Positions 13,137 through 25,784 of a stretch of DNA of 64,000 nucleotides are shown piece after piece. A program made the position numbers and the translations under genes. Each line of letters begins with the position of its first letter. Positions within the stretch are counted from its first letter, which is position 1. The notes below the pieces were generated by a model. The model saw only the letters and a list, made by a program, of their open reading frames with translations. It searched no databases and was not told where the DNA came from. Source of the DNA: Antechinus flavipes (taxonomy: Eukaryota); assembly GCF_016432865.1 (NCBI RefSeq), contig NC_067402.1:100688001-100752000 (forward strand). Reading direction: 5' to 3'.

Positions 13137-14127
13137 AAGGTGATGGAAGAACTTGCCTATCCTCCTTTGGGAAGCTAAATAAAAGGTTAGCTGTGAGTTT
13201 AAGAAAATGAATGCTAAAGAGATGGGCTAAGGGATTTGATTTCTTCCTCCTTCATTTCCTATTAGTAAGCACACCATAAAATCAATTCTGAATTTCAATT
13301 CTTGTAGCTCTATTGTTCTATGTTTCAGGGTCCCTTTATGTGGTAATAAATAATAATCATAATCATAATGACAACAATAATAATGGTTCATATTTATATT
13401 GCACTCCCCATATCTTTAGGCACTGTATTAAATGCTTTACGATTTTATCTCATTTGATCTTGACAACAATGCAGGGAGATAGGGACTCTTATCTCCATTT
13501 TAAAGATGAAGAACTTGAGGCAAATAGATGGAGGGACTTGCCCATGGTCACATAATTCAAGAGTGTCTGAACTTAGATTTGAACTCCTGTACCTCTATTC
13601 ACTGTATCATCTAGACCCTTATAAAGATGAAAGGTCAGTATATATGAACTTCCTATGTAACTTAAGTATAACTGGCATGTATAGTCATTCTTCCATTGTT
13701 AATGCATCTTCTTGAGAGAAAATGTGCCCTGGATTCAAAGGGAAAATGTTCTGCTACTCCTTTGTAGTATTTTATTAAATGCTTTTGCTTTGAATTCACT
13801 GCATCCTCTCTTTGACTAGAAAAAGCACATATATGCATAGGGGCTCATGAACTGTGGTTTGCAGTGGATAGGGAACCAAAAAGTACCTTGAAGCAATATA
13901 GCTTTCCTTGAGTTTTACATGACAGGAAGTGTCCCAGGTACTGTAGTGAGAAATAGAAAAATGCCAGCACCAAAAAAAAAGTAATAGGTAACCCCAGTTA
14001 TTGATGCTGAACCCGAATTAATGTCAGCCTCGTATCTGTTACAGAGTCGTAATCTGTCAAGCCCCTGTCATTGTTCCCTGGGCTTGGGCCAAACAAGTTT
14101 GTGAACAGATGAGAAGTAGTTCTGTGG

Positions 14128-14597
14128 CACTATGTCTATGCTACTGGCACAGAAATAGAGGGAAGAATCTCTCTATTCCAATGAACTAAAGTTGAGGTTG
14201 AAGTGGAAATTTTCATATTGTCTGGCAATGAATCAATTAGATATTTTTCCTTTCTCATTCAATTGCTTATTATAAAAATAAAAGCTCATCTCAGGGCTCT
14301 GACCTGATCTAATGGTATCAGAATCCCTCAACATATCCAGAGAAGCCCAAGACCACTGACTATCGTGTCCTTGATACCAGATAAATTGGGTTTTTAGTGA
14401 CTCGAGTATCCAATTGAACACCTGGGATGTAAGAAGAAGAAAGAAGTTGGGTAACAGTCCCCAAAAGGAAAGCTTCAACCCTTAGGAAATGTTTAGAGGC
14501 AAAACCTCAGAAAGCAATTGCCCAGCTGGGACCAATATTCACCTTCTGTTAAGAGATTAATTATCATTTAGAGAAAAAAAAAATACTTGGTTTGCAC
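14128..14597 (-). pseudogene. TRBV: TRBV pseudogene (unit 8)
   Basis: Start GTG; stops in the V exon; ends CASSI; heptamer CATAGTG. Confidence 0.85.
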
Positions 14598-15832
14598 AGT
14601 GGGTTTGGTCTGGAAGACAGCATTTCCTCCCTCAAGAATGTGGGGTGAGAGAAGTTCCTCTCCTGAACATGTACAATGTGCTTGTGATATCACTGTTCCT
14701 GATCACACCCCTGCCCCATCTAAAAGGCTGATCTGAAAGGTCCCAGTCTTGTCCCAATCTTTTCTTTGTTTTTCATTAATGACATCCTACCTGGTAGATG
14801 GAGCTGGCCTTGGGTGGCACGCAGAGAATATGTATAAGTGTCTGGAAGGGCGATTCCCCTTCTGCCAAGCTTTAAATATGACTTTTCTGAAATGCTCATT
14901 CCCTCTGCCATTAGAATTTTTCTTGGAAAGTCAATTACAAGCTCCCTATTCCTTCAAAACACAGCTGTGCAGCAGGGCTGGCTTCCAGGACATAAGGTCT
15001 CTTTCCTCAAATTAGCTAAACATAAGTGGTGGATATAACAATCACATCTTTATTTGAAGATTCTTTTTTCTTAGAATGGGCAGATGCAAAAATTTTGTTC
15101 CAAAAGCATGAAAGAGGCTGAATAAGGTGCTACGGATCACCAGTGGTTCTCAAAGTCTGGTCCAGAGCATCCTGAGGAATCTCTGAAATCCTTTCAGAGT
15201 CTACAAATTATAATTTATAATTATTATCTCATTTGATCCTTACAACCTTGGAAAATAGGTACTGTTAGTATCCCCATTTTAATGATGGGAAAAATAGGGG
15301 TGAAGTGACCTGTCCAAGATCACATAGCTAGTAAATTTTTGAGACCAAGTTTCCACTCATGTCCTCTTGACTCCTTACCTAGTTTTTTTGTATATGTGAG
15401 CTCAGCATATGTGAACTGCCTATGCATGTTCCATGTGTAATTCCTATGTATAGTCATCCTTCCAATGCTGAAGCATGTATTTGTGGAATAAGGTACCCTA
15501 GCTTCAAAGTAAAAGATATATTATTGCTATTTTTAACTGTACTATTATTTTAATTGTTTCTGCTTTGAATGAATTGCACTCTCTCCCTGACTAGAAAAAG
15601 CAAATATATCCATAGAGGTCTGTGAACTATAGTTTTGAGTAGCTGGAGACCCAAAGAATACCTTGAATCAACATAGTTTTGCTGATTAAATTACATCAAG
15701 AAGTTAACTAAAATAAACACCAGAAGGAATAAATGCCTCTAGTCCCTAGTAGTGAGCTGGAATTGAGGTCATCTCTTGCTCCCTGGGCAAGGATCAAACA
15801 AGCTAGTGAATAGTTGAGATGTATCTCTGTGG

Positions 15833-16305
15833 CTGTGTCTGCGCTGCTGCCACAAAATCCCCCTATTCCACACAACTGATGTTTAGGTTCACATGGAAAT
15901 TTTCATACTATTTAGCAGTGAATTGCTCAATTTTTTTCCTTTCTCATTCAATTGTTTAAGATAGAAGCAAAAGAGCATCTCAAGACCCTGTTCTTGTGAC
16001 TTACAGTACTAGAATGCTCTCTCATGTCTATATACAGGGTCATATGCCAGTATCACTGACTGTCCTATCCTTGAGACCAGGTAATTTGGATATTGGGTGA
16101 CTGTTATCCAACTGACCTCCTGTGCAGTAAGAAGTGGGGACATAGGTAACTGTCCAGAAGGACTGGACAAAAAGCGCTCCTGCTTTTTTTGAAGTCCCAA
16201 GGGAAATATTTAGAGGTCAAGCCCCCCAGTTGGGAAATTACTGGGATCATTATTCATCTGCTATTAAAAATAAATCACCATACAGAAGAGAAACCTGGTA
16301 TGCAT
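15833..16305 (-). pseudogene. TRBV: TRBV pseudogene (unit 9)
   Basis: Leader MHTRFLFCMVIYFLIA with donor GT changed to AT; V exon VTQYPNYLVSRIGQSVILAYDPVYRHERAF* (Cys and Trp lost); YLC region deleted; heptamer truncated. Confidence 0.85.
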
Positions 16306-17054
16306 GGGAAAGTCAGGATTGTCAGGGGCATTTACCCCTTTATGGGTCTATAGTGCAAGAGATAACTCTCCCAAACAGGTGGAACATGCCTGCAATTTCA
16401 TTTTTCTTGATTGCTACCAATTTTCCCACCTCTCAAGGCTCAGTCTTGTCACTCCCTTCTCTTCCTTTCCATGTCATTATTGATATCCCTACTCAGTATA
16501 CAGGGTTTGTTTGGATGACAGTCAAAGAATATTGTGAGTATAGGGAGGGATTATTCCCCCTTCTCCCAAGCCTTAAATGATATTTATCTGATACAGTTGT
16601 TTCCTCTGCCAAAAGCATATTTTTGAAAAGCCAATTATAAGCTCCTTACTCCTTCAAAATACAGTGGTATATCAGGGCTGGCTTTTAAAACACAAAGTCG
16701 CCTTCCCAGAAGCAGCTAAACCTCAAAGGTTGATACAATAATGACATCTTTAATTGAAGATTCTCAGTGTTTTTCCCATGAAAATCAGAATTTGAGTAGA
16801 ACCACTCGCAGTTACTCCTCAAAGGTGCTACAATCACTAGAATTTGCCCTTCTTCTTAGGGGAGCTAAGTCAGAGGACAGCAATGGCCTTAAAAGAAGGA
16901 AGAATGGGAAGTGGGTGTTGGCAAAGAGATAGTTCAGGGAATCTATCAGATCCTCCCAACATTCCTCCTAGTCCAAAATTATTTTTAAAGGCAAATTTCA
17001 ACTTCAGCTCTTCCCATTCCTGAAAATGCTCTTTACCTGTGCTTTCTATGTTTT

Positions 17055-17780
17055 AGGAGGGAGGGAGAGGGAGAAGAAAGGAAAGGAAGAGGGAAGGAGA
17101 AAGAGAAGAGAGAGAGAAAGGGAGGGAGAGGGAGTAGGGAGAGAGGGAAAAAGGCAAGGGAAGAAAGAAAGAGGGAAGAAGAAAAAGAATGAAAGAGGGA
17201 AGAAAGGAGGGATAGAGGAAGAGAGGGAGGAAGCAGGGAAGGAGAAGAGAGAGGGAGAGAAGAATTCGGAGACAAAGAGACAGTGATAGAGAGAGACAGA
17301 GACAGCTATTCAGACAGAGAGAAAGACAGAGAAATAAGCAGAAAGTGACAAAGGGAGGAAAAGAGGGAGGCAGAGAAGGAGAGAGGGAGAGAAAGAGGGA
17401 GACAGAGACACAGAGAAAGACAGAGAGATGAGAGATTCAGAGAAAGAGACAAAAGCAAAGAGAATGATTCAGAGAGAGACAGAAAGACAGAAAAACAGAC
17501 ACAGAGAGAGACAGAGTCAGGGTCAGAGAGAGACAGAGAGGTGAGAGAAACAGAAAGACAAAAACAAAGAGAAAAAGAGATTCAAGCAGACAGGCAGAGA
17601 GATAAATTGAGAGAGACAATCAGAAACAAAGAGAGATAGAGACAGAGACAGAAAGACTCAGAGACAGAGACAAAAACAGAGAAACAGAAAGAAAGAAAAG
17701 AGACAGACAGAAGCAGGGAAACAGAGGCAGAGACCAACAGAGAGAAACAAAGAGAGACTTAGAGATTGCAAGACAGAAAG
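17055..17780. repeat. ~730-bp purine-rich (GA/GAGACA) low-complexity tract
   Basis: Direct sequence; source of the spurious R/E/K-rich and S/L/F-rich ORFs. Confidence 0.9.
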
Positions 17781-18473
17781 ACATATTATAGTTAAGATTT
17801 ATATAGGGTTTTTGTGTGGATACTACTGTGCTAAGCTCTTTATAATTATTATTTGATTCTTGCAACTACCCTAGGAAGTAGGTTCTATAAATTTCCATAT
17901 TTTACTAATGAGAAAACTGAATTGAGAGGAGTAAAATGACTTTCTCAAGATCACACAGCTAGTACATGTTTGAGGCCAGATTTCCACTCATTCTTCTTGA
18001 CACTTTATCTTTTGGATACTGTGTCACTTGGATGTTTATGTATATAAGATCTAAGTATACATGAAATATCTACGGACACCCCATATATAATTGTGTGGAT
18101 TTGTGGGACAAGGTACTGCAGCTTCAAAGGATGCTGTATTCTATTGCTTCTTTGTGTTTTATTATGCTATTTCATTAAATATTCCTCCTTTAAATTAATT
18201 GCATCCTTTTCCTGACTGGAAAAAGCAAATACACCCTGGGGGCTTGTGAAATGTGGTTTTGAGTGGATAGGGACCCACAAAGTACTTTGAATCACCATAG
18301 TTTTTCTGATATCACAGGAAAGCCAGTGTCCTCTGCACTATAGTAAGAAGGAGCTAAAGACATCACTCAAGAGAAATTGTTAAGTGACCCTAGTCTCTGG
18401 CGCTGAGCTAGAATTGCTGCCAGCCTCCTGCTTCCTGCTCCTCTGTCACTGCTCCCTGGACTTGGGCCCAACA

Positions 18474-18965
18474 GGTTTGTGAACAGAAGAGAGGTGCCTC
18501 TGGGGCACTGTGTCTCTGCTACTGGCACAGAGATAAAGGGAAGAATCCCCCTGCTCCAAGGAACTGATGCTGAGATTGAAGTGGAAATTATCATTCTGTT
18601 TAACTATGAATCCATCAGAGATTTTTATTTCCTCACTCAATTTTTTGATAGAAGTAAAAAAGCATCTCAGGGTCCTGACCCTGTATCACAGTGCTGAGAC
18701 ATATTCTGAGATGGGGGTCACATCCCAACATTGCTAATTGTCCAGTTTTTATGACCCGATGGCTAGGTTACTGGGTGACTCTAGTATCCAGTTGACCACA
18801 TGTGGGGTAAGAAGAAGTAGAAAGTTAGATATCAAATCCAAGAAGGAGGGCTTCCCCGGGGAAATGTTTACAGGTAGAACATCAGAAGGCAGTTTCCCAA
18901 TTGAGAACACTTTTACCTGCTATTAAGAGATAAAGTGTCATGAAGAAGAAAATCCCAGTATTCAT
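18474..18965 (-). pseudogene. TRBV: TRBV pseudogene (unit 10) with intact leader and canonical RSS
   Basis: Leader 18965-18917 MNTGIFFFMTLYLLIA-G is intact; acceptor AT; TAA after VTQ; WYQ deleted; 3' part NFHFNLSISSLEQGDSSLYLCASSR; RSS CACAGTG-23-TCACAAACC (18512-18474). Confidence 0.88.
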
Positions 18966-19488
18966 AGAAGTTTGGGGTCTAGAAGAAGGCATTTCTCACC
19001 TCAGGAGTGTACAGTAAGAAAGGTTCCTCTCTCTGACAGGTGGAATATGCCTGTGATATTGCTCTTCCTGATTATCCTCTCCCATCCCTAAGCCTGAGAC
19101 CCTGCTCTGATATGGTACAGGCTCAGCCCCTCTCTACCTCCTCCTTATCTCCATGTCATTAATGATGTCCTACTCAGAAGGTGAGACTAGCCTTGGATGG
19201 CAGGAAAGAGGTATGTACGAGTATGGGGAAGGGGTAATCCCCATCCCCCAAGCCTCAAATAATATTTATCTGAGACAGTTGTTCCCTCTGTCAACTGAAT
19301 TTCTTTTGAAAAGCCAAATACAAGTTTCCTGCTTCTTTAATATGCAGCTGTGCATCAGGGCTGAATTCCAGGACCCAAGGACTCCTTCCTAGAATTAGCT
19401 AAACATGAGAAGTGAATGCAACAGTCACATCTGTATTTGAAGATTTTTTTATGTTCTTCCCAGAAGCATCTGAATTTGAGTGGAACCA

Positions 19489-19507
19489 TAGCTCTTCCCG
19501 GTGGCCA
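19489..19507 (-). promoter_or_regulatory. CTCF-like motif
   Basis: tagctcttcccggtggcca about 525 bp upstream of the unit 10 ATG. Confidence 0.5.
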
Positions 19508-22064
19508 AAGGTGGTAGAATCACTAGAACCTGTTTTTGCTCCTTGGGGGAGCTGGATCAGAGGATTGCCATAGTTACTATGGCTTTAAGACAATGAAGAG
19601 TAGAGGGCTAAAGAGATGGTTTCGTAATTTCAATTAGCTTCTCTTTCTCTTTTTGAGTAGTAAGCACTCCTTATAGCCAAATCTGAATTCAACTCTTCTT
19701 ATTCTTGAAATTCCCATCATTTGTACTTCTATGCTTCAGAATTCCCTGATAGGAGAGTAATAATAATTATAACTAAGCTAATGACAGCAATAATAATAAC
19801 TAGCATTTATAAAGTACTTTATATATTTATATAGTACTTTAACTTTAAGCTGCAAATGTACTTTATAAATATTGTCTCATTTTGTCCTTATATTCACCCT
19901 GTGAGATAGGTACAATTATTACTCTCATTTTACACATGAGGAAGCTGAGGCATGTCAAGATAGTAACTTGCCTAAGATCATACAACTATTAAATGTCTTA
20001 GGCTAAATTTGAAATCAAATCTTCCTGAATCTATGTCCAGAACTTTATCCACTACTCCCAAGTGCCTAACAGCTTTCATGTAGGATAAAATGTCCAAGGC
20101 CCCAATTTATCTTCTAATTACTTCCCATTGTTCCTTACTACCACATAAAGTCTCTAGCACAAACAGACATTTAAACAGTTTCTGTTGCCAACATGGGAAT
20201 GAAAAAGTCTTCTCCAAATATGTCACTGTGGAATTGTAGTCTTTTTTCTTTTCTCCCCATTTGTTATCTCTCCATCATAGTGAGCCTATAGCATCTCACA
20301 TGTCCAACTGACCATTTAGAGGGGAATGATCCTTATAGAAAACCTGCCAGAACCAAAACTTATCAATCAATCAACAAGCATTTGTTAAGCACTTACTATA
20401 TACTGTATACTGTTAGGTTCTGGGGATATGTAAGTGAAAATTAAGTAAATTCTTCCCAATTAATGGTTCCTCTGTCAAGGAATTCATTATATTCACATTA
20501 CTGTATATCAAATTTGGTGAAGCTCTCATTTGCCCACAGCATAGGGACTCTGCACTAAACTGTTATGGGAAAAAAGTATTTTTCCTTCTTCTTTTTATTC
20601 TGTTTTGTTTATCACTTTTCATTCTCGGTTCAGGGATAGAGTCACCAGATTCTGGAGCCCGAGCCATTTGATTTTAGAGTCTAGGATTCTAGATGAGATG
20701 CTTCAACCAACACAACAAGAAAGTCCTACAAAGCCCAGGAGTACTTTGGATTTAGATCTTGGTATTAATTAAAACTTGGAATTAAGTTATGTTGTGAACC
20801 TAATCCCTCTCCCATCCTTCTATAGTTTATGAGGAAGATTGCTCCATCATATCTCAAAATCAGGGGAAGGGGGTGGAAAAGAAATGATTACAGAAAGAAA
20901 TTACCTCTGGGTAATGGATTGAACAGAAGAGATTCCATAGTATAAGGTAAATATCATTCCTGATGTTACCTAACTGGGACTCAGAACATGGCAACCAAGA
21001 GCAAAGAGGCAAAAGCCCAGAAAGATATAGACAGAAAAATAAAGAGAACAAAACAACTGAGTCATTACAAGTATCCATTTATTAAGAACCAATTATTGTG
21101 CAGGTCACTGGGCTAGGTATAGGGAATAGCAAAAATGAGACAATCCCTGCCCTCAAAGAATTTACATTTTAGTAGGGGAAAACAATAAATGATATGTTTT
21201 GTAGAAAAGAAAGAAAAATAATCTCTGTATAATTACCCCTGTAGGGAACTCCCCATGAGGAAACTCCCTCTGATGTAGATAAACAATTATTTTGCAAGTT
21301 ATAGTACTAGAGATTTCTCTAAGGTATTGGAGATTAGAAGACTTGCTCAAGATCACACAGTCAGTGTGTATCAAGGGTTGTGACATCAAGTTGTGTCTTC
21401 TATATTCCAAGGGAGGCTAGTTTTCTATCCCTCTCATCTTGCACATATTCATTCTAAGAATTTTTTACTCTGCTCTTCAATACTTCTTAACAGCTTCCCC
21501 ATTCCATTTCTCTTCCCTTCTTTGGACTATTTCTAAACTGGTTTCTGTACTGGTTATTAGAGAATGCTCAAATTTTAACAGAAAGCTACAAACTATCTTC
21601 CACTGCCATTTCATTCTAAATACATTCTCACTCACAACAGCTCCATTCATCTACCCCTTCCCATTTCAGCCATTAATACAGAATGACAAATTTTATGAGT
21701 AGAAACATCAGTTATAGAGATCATTTGATTTAACCCCTTAATTTTACAAGTGAATAAGTTGAAGCCTAAAGAGGTTAAGTCATTTCTTCAAAAACCATTC
21801 CTCTTCTGAATAATTCTAGATTAATCTATAAATATAATTTATTAAAATTCAGATTTTTTATCTTGCAATAGCCATGAGGAACTTTCTCAAGGAAGGCAAA
21901 GCCAAGAAGAATATCTCTGAATATCAGTAACAACAGATAAAGTGGCTGGGATAACCAATGGATGGATAACTGAATCAGTAATGACTTTCATCTTCTGGAG
22001 TCCTAGAGGAAAAAGCTGTTGGAAGAATTGCCTACATAACCTTTTTGGTCATGGGTAAAATGGG

Positions 22065-22290
22065 GGATTATTAACCTTTTTTTGGAATCATAGGCCTTTT
22101 GGTTAATCCAGTTAAGGCTATGGAATCTTTCTCAAAATAATCTTTTGAAATGCATAAAATAAAAATGGATTGCAAAGAAGACAAATTATATTGAAATAAG
22201 TATATATTTTCCATCCATGTTCATAGACTCGACTCCTTCAAACTATATGTGGATTTCACAGTGGTCTGTGGACTCCAAGTTAAGAACTCT
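22065..22290. mobile_element. Probable non-autonomous hAT-type DNA transposon relic
   Basis: Ends resemble hAT TIRs (..ttaacctttt / ..ggttaagaac pattern); recognised by recall only. Confidence 0.4.
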
Positions 22291-22836
22291 TTGTTTAGAA
22301 GACCCTAAAAAACTGGACCCTAAAAAAATCCGGGATAAAAACACAAACACTTTATTCAAAATGTAGGTATTCTCCAGTTAAAAACAATAACAGTTCTCTC
22401 AAATGTCCCATTTCTATATCCTCAAAGCATTAAAAAAAATTTAAGGGAAGTAATATTCCCTAGAAGTCATTTGGTCCATCCTCCTAATGCTTTTTGCAGG
22501 GATTAATTCTTTTTGCAAAGATTTTCCAAAGATTCAGACTTCAGAGACAAATATCTTATTAACATTTAGAGTTACATTTAAGATTCCTCATTTCTTTCCC
22601 TTTTGGTTGATGCTTATTGCTCACTTTGTTCTAATCTCTAGATTTCATTTATCCATCATTTATATGGCAAAGTTTTATTGAGGGTCTATTGAGTACCTAG
22701 GTGTTACAGTGGATAGAGTACTGAGCTTAGAGTCAGGGAGATATGAGTTCAAATTCAGCCTCAGACACTGTAGAACTCAGGGGTAGTCATTTAACTAATA
22801 TTTACCTCAATTTCTCATCTGCAAAATGACCTAGAA

Positions 22837-22980
22837 GGGCAGCTAGGTGGTGCAGCGGTTAGAGCACCAGCCCTGAAATCAAGAGGACCTGAGTTCAAAT
22901 CTAGTCTCAGACCCTTAGCACTTCCTAGCTGTGTGACCCTGGGCAAGTCACTTAACCCCAATTGTCTCAGGAAAAAAAAA
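22837..22980 (+). mobile_element. Young CORE-SINE nested in an older MIR/Mar-type SINE
   Basis: ggcagctaggtggtgcagcggttagagcacc (A box), gagttcaaatc (B box), A tail; flanked by ctagaag/ctagagaag. Confidence 0.8.
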
Positions 22981-23499
22981 ACTAGAGAAGGAAATGGTGA
23001 GTTGGACATGAATAACAAAAACTGAACAATAAGAACTGAGTGCCCAGGTTTTAATTGTTGTTAAAGAGATAAAACATGAGTAGGAAACACATACTTAAAT
23101 TGGTTTATGGAGAATGCTGGATGTAAGAAAAAAAAAAAAAGATGGAATCAGTTTCAAGGAGAAGAAGAGAATTAAAATAGAATCAGGGGCCACTAAGCTT
23201 TATAGGCAGATCCTTGTAGACCACATATAGATTCATAAAACCATATATTAACATTTTTAAATTTTTTACTATTTTATCAAATATTTTCAATTGCATTTTA
23301 ATTTGATGTGGCTGTATTTCAGAGTGTTTCAAGCTGCAATGGCCAGCAGAATCATATATTTGATTGATGCCCCTGGATTAAATGATCTCTAAGAATTCTT
23401 CTAGCCCTCAATCTCTATGACCTTTTTTTGTTATTCCTTCTTGATCAATATCCTATAACCCTTTTCATCCCCTGTTGCTTTTCAGCAGATGTTGGAAGA

Positions 23500-23538
23500 A
23501 GTTTATGCACAGAGATCAAGGAACTTTACAACTCTGTG
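23500..23538 (-). promoter_or_regulatory. 23-RSS
   Basis: CACAGAG - 23 nt - GCATAAACT immediately after the coding end. Confidence 0.9.
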
Positions 23539-23997
23539 GTTTACTACTGGCACAGAAATATGTAGCTGTATCCTCCAGTTGAAGAAGTTCAATCTTAAGA
23601 TTGAATTGTTCCTTATGGAAACCTGATTGAAAGCGACTAGAAGCAGTCTCATTTGTAATAAGTTCTTGTCTACTGAAGTAAAACATCACACGGATCTCGC
23701 GGTTGGCGTCCTGCCGATACCAGAACATAGCATCATGACCTAAGTCCTGCTTGCACATTAGGTTCATCTTCTGACCCTTTCCCTTGATTAGATGCCTTGG
23801 TATCTGTGTTACTCCAGCATTCATAAGGCCTGTGGGCAAGAAAAACAGTAGTTGGGGAAGAGAGAACTTGAATTTTTTTTTATTGCAATCGAGAGAAAAG
23901 TACCTTAGCAAGTCAGAAACTAAGATTTCCCAGTTATTCAGAACTTACCTGTCCTCAGAAGAAAAATAGTCACTAAGGAGAGAAATCTAGTACTCAT
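23539..23997 (-). CDS. TRBV: Functional-looking TRBV gene segment (TRBV15/19/24-28-like clan)
   Basis: Leader 23997-23949 MSTRFLSLVTIFLLRT-G, GT..AG intron of 119 nt, V exon 23829-23539 LMNAGVTQIPRHLIKGKGQKMNLMCKQDLGHDAMFWYRQD...EDTATYFCASSK with no stops. Confidence 0.93.
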
Positions 23998-24120
23998 TTC
24001 AGTTTCAGTAGAAATAAAAGGGCTTTTCCTATCACAAGACTTTGTTTTTTAGAATAAAGAAAAAGAAAAGAAGACTTGGAACTGGAGGTTGTACCCATCT
24101 ATATGGGTGGAGATAGTCTG

Positions 24121-24130
24121 TGATGTCACT
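24121..24130 (-). promoter_or_regulatory. TRBV promoter decamer AGTGACATCA
   Basis: tgatgtcact about 125 bp upstream of the ATG. Confidence 0.7.
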
Positions 24131-25139
24131 GCTTTTACTATCTCTAAAAGAATGAGTGTAACCAATGAGCTGAAAAAGGATTTTAAGGATATCAGTCTAG
24201 CAGCTGAGTGGAAGATGGGTAAGAGAAATGGACACCGAAAGCAATGAAATAGGGGATGGCTTCATGAAAATACTGATGAAAGATGAAGCACTTAGCTTCT
24301 TTCAGTGAAACAAAAATCACCATAATCCTCCCAAGTCAAAAACACATTCACCTACGACTGAATTCTTCAGAAAAGCATGGTCTTTGTAGTTATATATCAG
24401 TTTATTTTCTCCTTTCAATGGTTTTCAAATGAAGCCAATATTAGTACTATCTCTCCTCTCTTCCTGTTAAGAATTTGAATAAAAGCTTTTTATTTCGCTA
24501 AGTTTTCTCTGACAATCATAAATTCACTCTAAATCCTATTACTATACGCACCTTAAGACATGCTTCCACATCATTAAATATATGTTACATACTTAGTATG
24601 AGTTGTTTAATATGTTAGGCACTATGGATACAAAAAAAAACCCCACAATCCCAGTCTTCCAAAAAAAATCACATTCTAATGGGGGAAACTACATGTAAAC
24701 AATTATGTGCAAATAAGATATATGCAGGAAAAATTAGAGGTACTTCCATTTACCTGAGGCAAGGCAAATAGTGTTGAGGGGAATCAGGAAAGACTTCCTA
24801 CAGAAAATGGGATTTTAGAAAATACTTAAAGAGAAAGAGACAAAGGGGAAGAGAATTGCAGTCTTGGGAAACAGTGAGAATACAGTGAGTTAGGAGATAG
24901 ATTAGTTTATGTGAGGAACATCAAGGAAGCCTATCCGACTGGATCTTAAGAGTAAAATGGAAGAAGACAATGGTTTTCCATCTATCCCATGTAGTCTCTG
25001 CTTATATTCTTTAGGCTTGTTTATGCATCAAATCCATTTTATTTTTTTCCTTCTCTTTTCCTAGCAATAATTGTTAATAACATGCAGCAAGACAGTCAAC
25101 AAAGAACCAGAATTGAGGATTATCTTGAAGGACTGAGTT

Positions 25140-25382
25140 CTGTCTGCTTGCATGCTAAGTTCACCTCCTGACTCTTTCCCTTGATCAGATGCCTTGAGAC
25201 CTGTCTGTCCAGCATTCATAGGACCTAGGGCAAGAAAAACAGTAGCTGAAGGAGAGAGAACTTGGAAATTTTTTATTTTATTGCAGTTAAGAGAAAGGTT
25301 TGCCTTAGCAAGTCCCAGTTATTCAGAATTCACCTGACCTCAGGAGAAAAATAGTCACTAAAGAGAGAAACCTCGTATTCAT
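25140..25382 (-). pseudogene. TRBV: 3'-truncated paralog of the 23.5-kb TRBV
   Basis: Leader MNTRFLSLVTIFLLRS-G and intron are near-identical to 23830-23997; V exon is frameshifted and lost after the first Cys region. Confidence 0.85.
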
Positions 25383-25784
25383 TCCTGTTTCAGTAGAAAT
25401 AAAGGGGCTTTTCTTATTATAAGACTTTGTTTTCTAGAAAAAAGAAAAGAAGCACTTTTTTATCCATGAGAAAAAGAAATTAGAGAGAAGATGAAGATTT
25501 TTATTTCAGAGTAAAGTTGTGACAGATATCTTTGATGGCCTAATACTTCTAGTGTTAAGCATTTTGTATGTACCTAGGACTATGCAGAACATCATGAGGG
25601 AAGCCAGGAGGAGGTGTTAAGGGAGATCATTGTGAGGCAGCCTATGACAAGAAAGTCATGAGTTAGTGAAATGGTATTTACAGACATAATGGTAATGTAA
25701 GAAAGAAGGAGGTGAATGTGAGAATCACAGACAGTCCAAGTCAGATAAGATTGCAGCAGAAAACGAGATCAACTCACATCTGAT

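Larger units (their letters stand above)
1..19750 (-). repeat. Tandem array of ~10 TRBV-containing duplication units (~2-2.5 kb period)
   Basis: Homologous flank blocks recur (e.g. aaatgtttctgctttgaatt...tgactagaaaa near 1760, 4400, 6150, 9745, 11470, 13780, 15555, 18175). RSS/V/leader modules recur at 2084, 4100, 6482, 7697, 11773, 14128, 15833, 18506. Confidence 0.9.

Noticed and set aside
17026-17865. R/E/K-rich and S/L/F-rich ORFs
   Set aside because: Translations of the GA low-complexity tract; the same applies to the CVCV, THTH and IYIY ORFs at 1.5, 58.8 and 59.9 kb.
2084-18965. Pseudogene array as gene-conversion donors (chicken or rabbit Ig style)
   Set aside because: Donor pools usually stay in frame; these carry many frameshifts and deletions, and templated diversification is not established for TRB.
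20630-20670. Minus-strand PESGDS resembling V framework 3
   Set aside because: No Y-x-C, RSS or other V motifs nearby.
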